A stretch of DNA of 62,628 nucleotides, counting the filler, from Phoronis australis (Eukaryota > Animalia > Phoronida), in assembly GCA_002633005.1 (NCBI GenBank). It is 9 parts of 9 records of this genome, joined end to end, with 100 filler letters (N's around TTAATTAATTAA, not from the genome) between each part and the next. Parts side by side here need not be neighbours in the genome. Positions count along the whole stretch, not along the records: positions 20,100 to 30,126 come from NMRA01000651.1; positions 30,227 to 32,835 come from NMRA01003559.1; positions 32,936 to 59,709 come from NMRA01000293.1; 6 more parts are not named here. The stretch is one strand, 5' to 3'. Positions 21,727 to 34,171 of the stretch are shown piece after piece. The notes beneath the pieces were generated by a model that saw nothing but the letters and a program-made list of their open reading frames with translations, was not told the DNA's origin and searched no databases. The position numbers and the translations under genes were made by a program. Position 1 is the first letter of the stretch. The number at the start of each line of letters is the position of its first letter.

Positions 21727-24700
21727 ATGCATGGATCGGACTTCCCGGCGACTCGGACGCCACGACACCTGCCACCCGTGGCGGGAGCAACTAATTTCTT
21801 GACTAACACCTGCTTCTAAATCTGGATTTAAGCAAAATGACAAAGTCCACGCTTACACATATGCAAGCGTATCCAAATACAATTAAATGTATTTTCATGT
21901 GAAACCATTCAATGTTCTTTGAACATTGACTTGTGTGAGATCTTAATTTTCTTAGATCTGCCCAATCATGTAGATATGCGTTTCACGTCATTCGCTATAG
22001 GCACCGGAGGGTTCAATTTGGAAGTTCGCGTCGTATGACATTGTATGACGTCATATGACGTAGGAGATGCAAGCCTCATTTGCATATATATAAGTGACAT
22101 CTGTTGGTTCAAAAAAGAGGATCATGCCCGAGTACATGCCTGGGAAGAGGCATCTTTTTAAGGGTAAAACAAGTCATGTTCAAAGCATCCTAGTGCCATT
22201 AATATGCAGTCTTTGGGGACCAAAGTGGTGTCATTTTATAGCTAAAGAGTTAAGCTTTTGAACACAATGCTTGGATTCCAGACGACTATAACATTTACTT
22301 TTGAAATCACTTTTGAATATCCGTTAAAATGCGCTAAAACAGTTGTCCCTTCCTGGTTATCTCTTCCTGGTATGACTAAAGTATGCAAAGTTGAAGGCTG
22401 ACGCCGACGTTTTTCAATAGTTGAACAGGTTTGGGAAAGAGAAATTCCGTCGCAATTTCAGTGAAAAGTATCCCTACTAACTTTCAAAATACAAACCGAA
22501 ATCAAAGCAAACGACGAGGATGGATTTCAAACGATTTTCAATTTCCCAACAGAGTATGAAATGACATTGATGCAACAGTTTCAGTAAAAGTTTGACAGGA
22601 AATTATATATGAAATAGCAAATTAACTAATAACAAATCTGTTTCGTTGTTATTACAATGTACACTATGAGTTGCAATAATTTCGAATTTCACTAGCAGCT
22701 GCCTGCACCTGCGACTCGTCATTTGCGCAATACAACTATTTCTTCGTCGTCGGTAAGATCAGTGTCGAGTATTGTGGCTGTTACAGGACAGGACGAGTTT
22801 GCAACTGATTAGCGCGCAAAAGCATTTCTGAAAAAAATCCGGTGAATTCTCCAGTTCGTGAGGATTGTTACTACAAATTAGATAATTCACTGGTCATTGC
22901 ACGCTGAACGCAATATTCAGGATGGCCGAACAACCCGGCTAACAAACTTAGTATCTGCAGTTTACGGACTCACACTCACAATACATGACTTACAGCTCCT
23001 GAACAGAAACACGTGGGTAAGCGGTGAACATTTCGTCGGCAGAGCTAGGGGCGAGTATTTTTACTTGCATTTACTGTTGTTATGAAAATGTGAATGTTCG
23101 AGAAATCAACCCTTACATCTGGATCCACGCCGTTTAAGGTTTAAAAGTTGTCAACCAATTGCACGTAACCACGTGACTAAATTTCAATACATACATGTAC
23201 AAAATTCGGATTCAAAATATGACACAAATGAAAAAGTTCACCAATTTAGAAATTTATCCCACATAACTTCGATAAAAACTTGCATCTACCTGCAGACTTC
23301 ACTTAAGAACGGTGTCAAATTTGATACGTTGTTTTGAAACGTGGGTTTGCAGCTGTAACCGACTTCGTTTTGAACTCTTTTTACGCACCGTAAGAACATA
23401 GGAGTATATTCAATGCAGACTTAAGAGTCCAAGTAACAATGATAATATAGAATGCCAGAATTTTATTTCCCACGGTAAAGATGCCATAAAACATTAAAAT
23501 TCTAAGAATAAATACTTAGCGACCAATTAAATAACAACTACCTCGGCAACTTCTGGATTCCTTACAGGGTCGTCTAAAAGAAAAGGAGTTAGGTATTTTC
23601 CCAATTAACAGACATAATCGAGGAACTTTTTTGTACTCAAGTGTTTCATATACAGTGTAGAAGCATGCCTTATACAACAGGCGTAAATTGATTTCTGTTG
23701 GAAATCTACATGTATGTGTGCTTGAGTTTTTGCGTGATTTTGTAGTTTTCACTTCTAAACATCCACGTAAATGTTTGCAGATGCCGTAAAAGTACAAAAA
23801 CAGAAACAGCCACATTGGCTTACGGGTTATATGTACACAAATTACGTATAACCGCCAATGAAACTTTTACTGATCCCACACAGACAAGAAATTTTTGTAA
23901 TCCGAACATGTACTGTAAGGTCGGCATAGTCAAACCTTAAGAGATTACCATCAAACGGTAAAGAACAAACATCGTAAAAACTGCAAATACACACAATGGG
24001 GAAAGGAATAGTCATGCTTTACGCTTCAAGTAGTTAATGAATTCATTCAGGCTCATAAAAAGACTTATTATGTCTGCACGTTAGCTTATCATTGAACACG
24101 ATAAGTTCAACAAGTGCAGATGGAATTTATATTTTATGCTAATTAATACGTAAGAAAAGGTAAAACAAAAACACGCCAGCAACCATTAACGCATCTCTAT
24201 TGTACATCGAAGTGAATATTTCGGAAATGCGGTCAGGTTTCTCAAAAAAATTGACAATATTGAAGGGCAGTATAAATTATACGACATATAACTTTTGCTG
24301 CCCACTGGAACTTGTAACATTGACACCAACATACTCAGACATTTAGCACTAAGATGGAGAGTACACAACAATAGAAAGTTATAAAAAATTAGACGATATT
24401 TTCACTATTCTGGTAGAGTTTCGTCTTACTAGACAAGTTGATTTAATTTACTGTTTTACCTGTTGACAAACGTGACACCAACACCCTTTCGAGACGTTTC
24501 ACGACAATTAGCTTGGCATTCTCAGACGCGGTGTGAGGTGATATGTCACCATCACAAGAAATAAAATGGTTCAGGTTTCAAAAAACAAAGACGAGAAGAA
24601 CCGTATGTTTCCAGTGCTGAGCAGGATCGTGAAATTGAAAGTGGCGTAGAATATTCACTCAAAACGTAAAAGGAAAGTGACAAAAAAGCCTAATAAAGGG

Positions 24701-25781
24701 AAATCAAGCTGAAGCAGCTACATATACGATTATTCCAGACCTTTCCCCCGAACGTTATCTTCTGTTCATTTCACTGCCCATGAGAATTCTCAAACGTCTC
24801 CAAGTTTAGCAATGAATGCATTGGTGTCTTTGCTTTTGGTAATCCAAATTTCCTGTATTTTTACATAATTCAGGGACAATTGCTGCCTGATCCTTTACCT
24901 ACCAACCACACACAGGCATCAAGGCACCTCTTCATTATCTAAATGACGATACGCGTAGATCCCCTTTTATGAAAGACTGCGAATTGCACGTTGCGGTGAC
25001 TTGCCGTTTCCGTATCCGTGCACTTTTAGGTCAGCGTACACGAACTGTAATACGTTTGTTCAAAGAAAAATTGCTAAAACATTTCACATGTACATGTACT
25101 TGCAATCGAAAACCTGCCTTAAGCTCTGAGTGTTTCCGTTTCGCGATTTTCACATTTCTAGTAAATTCTATTTGAAACTTGATTTCAGAATTGAATTCAT
25201 GAACGTCTAAAAATTTGTAACTAATAAGTCAAGTTACACTCACGTACTCTTTTTAGTTTACTTCAGTTCATGTCGGCTGACTAACTGAAATCCACCAGAT
25301 GCTGCAAAATCAAACAACGCCGCCCGTTGATTTGACTGCTTGCTGGGACTCAGGAAATGGAGTTATTCCAGCTTTACCCCACACAGCCCCTATAGCTGAG
25401 TTTTAACGTTTTTTATCGAATCGATTTGCTTGCAAGTTAAGTGTTTTGGATACCAATCTTTTGAGTGTCCAATCAAACATTATTTGGACGCATTAGAATT
25501 GTGATTACCATTTCCAATAATTGGTATCTTATTGCACTTGCACGGCATGCAACTTTCAGGCTGTCGAACAACGTAGCAATTGTGACTAATCTATTGCTGA
25601 CGAAATTACAAAATCAGCTGGAACTTAGTTCTGGTCAATTTCATTTTTGACTCTTTGAACCGGCCCAATGAACATAATAGTAGTTTAGAGTTAGTACATG
25701 TTAATAAAAAATGCTGGTAATGAAGCTAGGCTACCTTTTACTTTTGCCAGTTGGACAATCATTCTGCAACTTAAATCACTT

Positions 25782-25850
25782 CACGGTGTTGGGACCTGCA
25801 CTACGTATTTGGACTGGTCATGAGGATTTCGGCGTCGTCAGGAGAAAAAT
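25782..25850 (-). pseudogene. Inactivated paralogue of the unidentified exon at 27797
   Basis: DDAEILMTSPNT*CRSQHR versus DDAVLLMTSPNTWYRSRHR (TGG>TAG). Confidence 0.55.
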
Positions 25851-26207
25851 CGGCAAAATTCACCGTCAAGGCGTACTTAATGAGATCGTAAACTTTGTTA
25901 CACATGACTTTTTGCAACGAAACTGTTGGCATACATTCAGTGGAAGGGTAGTCATTGAATGTGACCTTAATTACATTAATAGGGTCCCCACCCATACTGA
26001 CTAAGCCCAAGAGGTTTCACTGATTGTTTACACAACGATGAACTTGGAGCGTCAATTTTTTACAGTTTTTCTTGTTTATCTAAATTTTTGCGTATGAGTA
26101 CCACCGTGTAACCATAGGTAACGCGTGTGATAAGCACAGTTCATACATGTATTTGTAATGTGTAGTTCAAGTTATGTTGCATTTTATGACATCTGCCCTC
26201 AAAATAT

Positions 26208-27498
26208 CTGTACGGACTCGTCATACTCAGTTTCGCGTGACTGTCCAAACTAGTCTTTAGCAACTGTCCGGTTTAGCATTAAGCCGACGGTGTTTTCAAC
26301 TTGTTGCATCAATACATGCAGAAAGTAACCCATTCCTATGCATATAAATCAGTAGCTTGATAAATAATGTCAAATGACTTTGCAATCGGATTCACGGCCA
26401 AAAACTTGCTGTCCGACATACTGCACGGACTACGTACATGTATCCCCCAGAAATAACTAAGATTTGTTGGTTTCTGCCACGTAAACCACATAAATTGCCC
26501 AGCACGAAACTTCAAAATTAGCCGACTGTTGCAACGACTTCGAACTGGAGGAAACATCTAAAATTCACATACAGCAGGCCGCAAGGTTTGGCTCGAGAAT
26601 GATCAACACATTGATTTCCGCCAAAACTTCATAATGTTGTTCGAGCACCTCGTTGTTAGGGTGTTGTCGTGGGTAACGATTCTGCCACATCTAAAAACAG
26701 TAAGAACGCTAAACTGTCTAAAGGGAACGTTCCATCAGCTGTTATCCTATTAAACTTGGCCAAGGTGGGTGACATCCCTACTGTTTTCAAAGCGTGGTGT
26801 GCCATCACATATTTCGTGTATTGCACTGTATTCTCGTGCTATATCTGCATGTATCTCTATATCCCTTTCGCAATCTTTTCTGTCGGTGTATTCTTTACCT
26901 TTGCCTTCTCGTTTTACGTTTGACTTCTATATAAATGGACTCTTGTGATCAAACTCATTTTGTCGTATAGATAGGTTTTGCTTTACCTGGTTTCGCAGCC
27001 CACCTCCAAAACAGTTTTGGAAATGCACCCATATTTTTTACTCTGAAACATTCCAAACCGCTGTGTTCATACAAGGCTAGATACCTAATTTTAAGTACTT
27101 GATCGCCGTGATCTCGATACCGTGGCCAATTACTTCAACATTTCAAAGTGATGTGTGCCAACACAGTACTTGAAGTTGGTTGATCGGAAAAAAGCGTAAA
27201 CTGTTCCTACATGTACATCAATTTCATTTGCAGTCCAAAATGGCTGATGACAATGGCCTAACACTTCTTATCTGTGTCATTCTCACGTTTACACATCAAT
27301 TGCAAATACATCCAACCTTTCTCAAATAACCAATTAGCCAACTAGACTCCTCGCGAACTATTGCTAATTATAAAGTTAAACGTTGTATTCTGGTTAAGAT
27401 TTGTCTAATTCTTAACCAGTTCAATGCCGAGTTCGTACAGTTCTCAAAAATCTGCTAATGACGAGTCCGTACAGTTGGCTCAGGCGAGTCCGTACAGT
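26208..27498 (-). mobile_element. Inverted-repeat-bounded decayed transposon-like element
   Basis: 17-bp perfect inverted repeat CTGTACGGACTCGTCAT (26208) / ATGACGAGTCCGTACAG (27458), plus two extra copies near the right end. Internal frameshifted remnant ADGTFPLDSLAFLLFLDVAE / TTRCSNNIMKFWRK. Confidence 0.45.
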
Positions 27499-27796
27499 CG
27501 TTTTGTCTGACTGCCTTACACTATATTTAAACTTTGCATAATTTTTATCTTTGTTAATCAAGCAAACTTTTAGCTGTTACTTTTGCAGCACTTGCACATC
27601 CTCATAAAGTATTACTTACGGTATGAAATGTATTAAATCAACAACATAATGGATCAATTTATAACAAACTGTCACCGATATTCCTGATTTTTTTACATCA
27701 CCACGGCCATCGAGTCACACTGGGCGTCATTGCTGGTCACGCGAACGTGAGCAGCTTTCAGTGTTGTATTCCTACATGTACATAATATTTCTCAAG

Positions 27797-28032
27797 ACGA
27801 CGCCGTACTCCTCATGACCAGTCCAAACACGTGGTACAGGTCCCGACACCGTGTCACTTGTGCAAGTGGTGGCGGAAGGTGGTTATGCCCTTACCGGGAG
27901 CACATTTTAAATACATTTTACAAACCCATGCCAAATGACGTCGTATGGAGTTCGCAAGTTTACCCGATTACAGAGTATATAAATCAGACCACACCAGGAA
28001 CATACACAGTCGTGCACTCGGATCAATACTAA
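27797..28032 (+). CDS. Unidentified coding exon (possibly terminal or pseudogenic)
   Basis: Acceptor-like tttctcaAG, then open frame DAVLLMTSPNTWYRSRHRVTCASGGGRWLCPYREHILNTFYKPMPNDVVWSSQVYPITEYINQTTPGTYTVVHSDQY*. Two local paralogous fragments exist, one differing only at synonymous sites. Confidence 0.4.
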
Positions 28033-28860
28033 GCAATTTTGATTGAGGTTATTGAAAATTTAAATACTCAGCAGAACCTATTTCTTTTCTGGTAAATATT
28101 TCGTTCACTAAATAGTTTCATTTACTAAAATGCTCACACCAAAGTAATTAAAATAGGTTGCACCATAGCCATATATAAAAGTACATGTTGCCGAAAAGTC
28201 ACATAGAAAAGGAAAGTGAATTAATTTAGTTCGTACATTTAAGTCTATCAGGTGTAATGCGAAACAAAATTTTTATTACAAAACATTCCTAAACTTTATT
28301 AACGAAAGAGTTTTAAAACTTCCACATTCTCCACAGATTACATTCATAGCAAACATCATGGAAAATCTTATGTTCAAGAACTCGAACTGTTCTCGCTAGT
28401 GTTGAAATTTCAGCAAGAGTGTTAAATTTTTTTCGATTCGATTTAGTCTCATTCCAAACGTAAATTCAACCTTGAGAAACAGGAGTTTGTCTTACAATGT
28501 ATCCATTCAGAAGATACAAAGATTTAAGTTGTTGCGTATTTGTATTTCTATGAAATCGTAACTCTAACGTTTTGACCAGAAACCTTTGTTCCAAAAGGCA
28601 TTGTTTGACGCTCTGCGGTGAGAACCCTGAACTGGTACCCAAAATACATGTACGATGGTCGCGTCAGGGGTAAACCAAACATATTCGAATACCCTGGATT
28701 TACGATGGAGCACAAAAGATCGCGGCGCGTGATTTACATGTAGGTTTACAGCGCTCTCCTTTTTCCAGGGTTTACATGTAGTTTAAGCAGACTTCTGGAA
28801 TTGTGAAAACAGGACGTGCCCTTTCAAAAGCCTGGGCTTTGACTAACTCATCCCCTGCAT

Positions 28861-28920
28861 TACCCCATCACAGAATATATAAATCAAATCATGACAGGAA
28901 CATATTACACAGCAATGTAG
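28861..28920 (+). pseudogene. Third paralogous fragment (YPITEYINQ..GTY)
   Basis: tac ccc atc aca gaa tat ata aat caa versus tac ccg att aca gag tat ata aat cag at 27961: four differences, all third-position synonymous. Confidence 0.5.
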
Positions 28921-29233
28921 TGACATTAAAAAAAGTAAACCACGAAATTACAAGACTTTGAAAACTGAGTGTTAAAATAATCGCTTTCTAATGCATCCTT
29001 AACAAAAATTCTTTACTGAGGTCCCTAAGGGCACACCTGATTGGAAGCACTGACCTGATAAAAAATCTGCATCTTTTTATGAAGTGAGAATATCAAAATG
29101 TGTGCCTGAGTTTGGCGCCTTATGGCGTCGTTGGTTTGTTAAGTTTATGTCCCAGTTCCTCGAACTCAATGTTCATTGAATACACAGTTATTGCAGCATT
29201 AACTAAATTCTGAGTACAGCACTCATGAGATAC

Positions 29234-29335
29234 CTTGTTTACGGCAGCCACGTCGCAGCTGCCTTCATGGACCAGCAGCTCCACGATTGCTGCCCGTCCA
29301 TTCTGGGACGCCAGATGTAAGGGTGTGTTTCCATC
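29234..29335 (-). CDS. Single ankyrin-repeat exon
   Basis: DGNTPLHLASQNGRAAIVELLVHEGSCDVAAVNK; tgtag acceptor, AAG|GTATCT donor; 102 bp, phase 0-0. Confidence 0.85.
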
Positions 29336-29699
29336 CTACAGTAAATGAACAAAAATGATAGAATGCTGGTCAGCATGATGTATAGCGAAGTGGGTGCGCC
29401 AACAGGGCGCCACGCTTTATACCTTTCTGTTTCAGAACTTCGCCTTCAGTTGCATACTTACTGTATGAAGCGGGTGACTCAACAGAGCACGACTACAACT
29501 GACATTTAAACTCAGATATAAATGAGCGAGATTTCTTCAATGCGGATCTGTTGTAGTTACACGAGAGAAAAGATGTTTTGAAATATCACAATTTGATGTT
29601 ATATATAACAACTGAGCCACATTCATTTAGAGGGTGCTATGGAAATGCAAGTAGAGAACCATTGCTCAATGTACAACTCCTGGGCCCGGGCCCGGTCTC

Positions 29700-29955
29700 C
29701 AATCTCCGTACTCAGACTCGAATCATGCTCAAACTCACACTTCATACTCAACTCGAGTACAAACTCAGCTTTGGTGTATTCAATGTCAGACTCGAAAAAT
29801 CTGTACTCGAAATTTCGAGCACGTACTCAGTTTTCGAGTGTACTCGAACTGAAGTGTATCTCATCTATATTTCGAGTACGATTTTGAGTAAAAATTTGGA
29901 GTCTATGCTCAAATTTCAAGTTTGGTATGGCAGTGTCCTTGAAATCGTACTCTAA
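29700..29955. repeat. ACTCGA/TCGAGT-rich quasi-palindromic non-autonomous repeat
   Basis: Many actcga and tcgagt motifs in both orientations. Confidence 0.5.
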
Positions 29956-30226
29956 AATAAATACGAGCCAGAGAACAAAATGTCGAAAGAGAACCAAGAA
30001 ACACAGCAAATCTAAAAAAATAAGTCCTCTTACCGTATCTCAGCACTTCAATTTCAGTTCAGAGATAATAGTTTTCATCTTAAATCTTCTTATTCTTCAC
30101 CTTATTAACCCGCCGTATCACTATATNNNNNNNNNNNNNNNNNNNNNNNNNNNNNNNNNNNNNNNNNNNNTTAATTAATTAANNNNNNNNNNNNNNNNNN
30201 NNNNNNNNNNNNNNNNNNNNNNNNNN

Positions 30227-30287
30227 AGTCTTGCATGCACTGTGTAGTTTGTGGGAGTGCACAGTCTTGCATGCACTGTGTTGTCTG
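30227..30287. repeat. 36-bp minisatellite at contig start
   Basis: agtcttgcatgcactgtgt occurs twice. Confidence 0.65.
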
Positions 30288-31067
30288 CATTGAAGGTTAA
30301 GTAGCCTGCTTGTTTGTGTGTCTTGCAGTTCATGGAAACAGTTCTATTTGACATTTTCGGTCATTCTTGTCATAAATGGAAGTTGTGAACAACCCTAGTT
30401 TTTCTAGTTTACCTATAAATCATTGTTTCAAATTTGTTCAATCTGTGGGACAATTGCTGTGAAAATGTTTGTGGACACATTTTAATGATTGCTTTGAATG
30501 TTAAGGATTTGGCAAAATAGACGATGGAGTAAAATTTGAGAAATGTTGTTTTATTAATAAACTCACTAGTACATTAATAACATTGATGTTTACGCTGAGT
30601 GGAGCAATATTAAAGGGACAGTTCTTCTTTACTAATCACCAAAAACAACTTTCAAACCAAGGCACTTAGCAACAGAAAATTTGTCTCTATCCATTCAATA
30701 TGATAACCGACACTGCTTCTCATCTACAAACGGTCGTAGGCATGTAAAAAGGGTGTACAAATGTCATCAATTTAGACAGCCACTTTTAAATTTGGTACAC
30801 TCCATAGCAATTGCAGGCGATTTGTGAATTTGTTTTGAAAGTTATATACCGATTACCATTTTGGCTAGAAATGTAAGACCATTTAATCAAATGGACCTAC
30901 TTTGTGCTTTCCAGACTTAATGGTGCAAGTTTGAAGGAAATGTACAGTTAATATCTAAAACTATAATCATTGCATGATGGCTATTCTTAAAACTCATATG
31001 ACGATTAATTTATCAGCATGCAAGCAATGATACGTAACCCACAAATAATTCATTTCAACAAATTGCC

Positions 31068-31343
31068 TTACCTTGAACCTAGTTTTAATTTCACTTTGAC
31101 AACTTTTGGAAAATGTCTAATTGTCAAAGAAATGCGGGTCTGTCTTTTTAAACTACTTCCTAATTGAATGTTTTCCCCAAGGCAGTCCAAGTTAGCAACG
31201 CTTTCTGTAACCGAGTCCTCTGATCTTTCAGCAATGCCATGTAAGTAGTTTGTGTACATGGACTCTTTGACTAGAACTAAACTCCGAGGTTCCAATAGCA
31301 CCGATGTGATGTAACGACTTTCAAAACTGGATGCTTCCAGCTC
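31068..31343 (-). CDS. ALKBH6: ALKBH6 (Fe/2OG dioxygenase), final coding exon
   Basis: LLEPRSLVLVKESMYTNYLHGIAER...RQTRISLTIRHFPKV contains the distal His and RxSLTxR; acceptor tttttccag. Confidence 0.9.
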   Translation of the reverse strand, partial: ELEASSFESRYITSVLLEPRSLVLVKESMYTNYLHGIAERSEDSVTESVANLDCLGENIQLGSSLKRQTRISLTIRHFPKVVKVKLKLGSR

Positions 31344-32381
31344 CTGGAAAAATGTTGAATCAAAAATGTCCAATAACTATTACGTCAGCAAAACTCTTAA
31401 TTACATAATTACTTAGCCACCTTACTAACTTTCCTATCCCTTCATTCTCAATCATGAGGGAAATCGGCGGACACCCATTTGTCATGATTGGGGAATTCTG
31501 GGTCATTTTGTCAGAAGATTTTACGTTTGTACTGTAGTGAAGTGATTCAGTTGAAGTAACCATCAGTTTCCTCAGTCTTGTATCTCGATTCACTCACCTC
31601 AAGACGGATACTGTGTTAAGTTATGATTACTTCACAGCCACTCTCACTTCAACATTGTAGCATGTGTGGGAACAGCAACTAATGATAAAACCCATCACCG
31701 GGTCGTTAGTATCACTCTTTCGCAGAGTTAGCCAGAGGTAAGCTTTCCCCTAGCCTTGGTGCAGCTTTTTAAAATACAGCATTGGAAAGCTATGGTTTAA
31801 AAGTGCTCAAAGTAAAATTTTACATATTCAAACTGCTCTTCCTTGATTGATTTAATTTGGTTGCCGCCGCAAAAAGTGCCGGTAGCCCGTTACTCTGCTT
31901 TTAAGTTTGTGGAGCGATCATATGCCTTGAAACTGAGTGTTATCTGTAGACCAGTCTCTGTTGACGCCGGTTCTTTAATCCACTGTTATTTTTTTCCCAA
32001 AAATACACACAGTTCACAACAAATTACCAAAAGTACTTTTATCATTAACAGCAAATTGAAATTCTAAAAAAAATTTGAAAAAAATGAACAAATGTCACAT
32101 GCACCTGTCATGAGTGTACTACAGAGTGATGTAAGAAAATCAAATTTCTTTTACATGGTGATAATAACAAGGTAGGTGTCATTTGAATATCGGAGTTGCA
32201 AAAGCTTATGGACCATTGGACTTGCTACATTTTGATGCAAGTCTCGTAGAGGACCGCAAAAAGTGTTGTGGCAAATTGAATTATGCTTAAATTGTCAAAT
32301 CTTACCCACATTGTTCACTAGCTGTGTTTTGACATTCACAACTAGCTAGCTGGCTAGGTTTCCTCTTGAATTCACGATTCA

Positions 32382-32759
<378 letters not shown>

Positions 32760-33460
32760 TCATAGGTGAACTACTGCTCAGTAGCAATGACGCATCAGTA
32801 ATAAAAACCACATGGTACATTGATAAACCTCTAAGNNNNNNNNNNNNNNNNNNNNNNNNNNNNNNNNNNNNNNNNNNNNTTAATTAATTAANNNNNNNNN
32901 NNNNNNNNNNNNNNNNNNNNNNNNNNNNNNNNNNNTTTCAAGTGTCAAATTCGGAACACGGCGCAATCGTAACTTACGGAACTATGGCTAAGTACAAGTA
33001 TAGGCTCTCTCGCGATATCCCAGACGACCGGCAGTGGCGCTGCGCGCTACGACTCCGTTTCCGTCGTCTGTTTCACTGTGCAATGAAGAAATTTTTACTT
33101 CATTTTTTAAAGAAAATGGAATTTGAGTGACGATGAAAAAACAGAAGCTGATGATAAGATGTGAATTTTAATCGAAGCCTTAGTGAATCACTCAGAAACT
33201 CATAATTGTCTCTTTGTCAAACCTTAACTTTTAACTTAAAAGACGATTTCCAAAGCAATCGCGTCATTAATGCCAACACAAAAAACGGATTTGGTCTTTT
33301 GCGCAATTGAAGACTATTTTAAATACAACAAATTTGTTACGAACTGATTACACAAAATATAAAAAGTGTAATAAGCATAACAAAAAGAAGTAGGTTTCGC
33401 GAGCAAACGCTGTGGACCATTATCAAGTAGGTCTCTTAGACTCCAACCACGAGAGAAATC

Positions 33461-33530
33461 GTGGTGGTGCAGTGGTAAAGCACGCGCACTGTAATCACCA
33501 GGTAGTGAATTCGAGTTTGTGGTATTGGCA
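33461..33530 (+). mobile_element. tRNA-derived SINE head (degenerate)
   Basis: A-box-like TGGTGCAGTGG and B-box-like GAATTCGAGT at tRNA-like spacing; no intact cloverleaf. Confidence 0.4.
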
Positions 33531-34171
33531 GTTTTTCAAGTTTGACATGTTCTCCGTTTTTTATCTTTTTCATTTGCCTTTTTTTCTTGGATAATACTTC
33601 AGGAATCACGGAAAATGATTGATTTTTAGAGGGAAAAACAGAAAAATGTTCCTGGTGGCAAACCCCCTTTCCGACCTCCCCCCATTCGGTGTTATGCGCA
33701 TCTACAATCGTGCTGTGTGCAAAAATGTTTACAAACAAAATGTTGGCCCCCCCTTGTGATATCCTAGATCCGCCACTGTTATTAGTACATCACACTCTAG
33801 AGATACTTATACAGATTATCTCAATGAATAGTAGTTATGTGTGTGTTCTCAGATACTTTGTACTTTTGCTCGCGTGAGGTTTAATTATTTTTCACAAACA
33901 GTTGTGTCGAACGAAAGACCAGTTTTTAAAGTCAATGTCCAACAGGCAGACCTCAGTCGTCTTCTGCATATTAGTGCGTACACACTAAAAATACATGGAA
34001 TTACGAAATGTAATGTAATATTCACAAGTTTGCCAAAAAGAAATTTGTCCGAACCCCATGAAGGTCAATAACTCTTGGAAGATTCTTCCATAATGCTGAG
34101 GGTCACAGTGAAAGCATCACACCAGGTATATTTACCGAGTTAACACAAACTATTCGTTACCATCATAATGG

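Noticed and set aside
31060-31075. ALKBH6 stop codon overlaps a donor-like AG|GTAAG
   Set aside because: The domain is already complete and a minus-strand AATAAA lies near 30550, so there is no evidence for a further exon
33461-33530. Possible tRNA gene
   Set aside because: A/B boxes are present but acceptor and T stems do not pair; kept only as a SINE head
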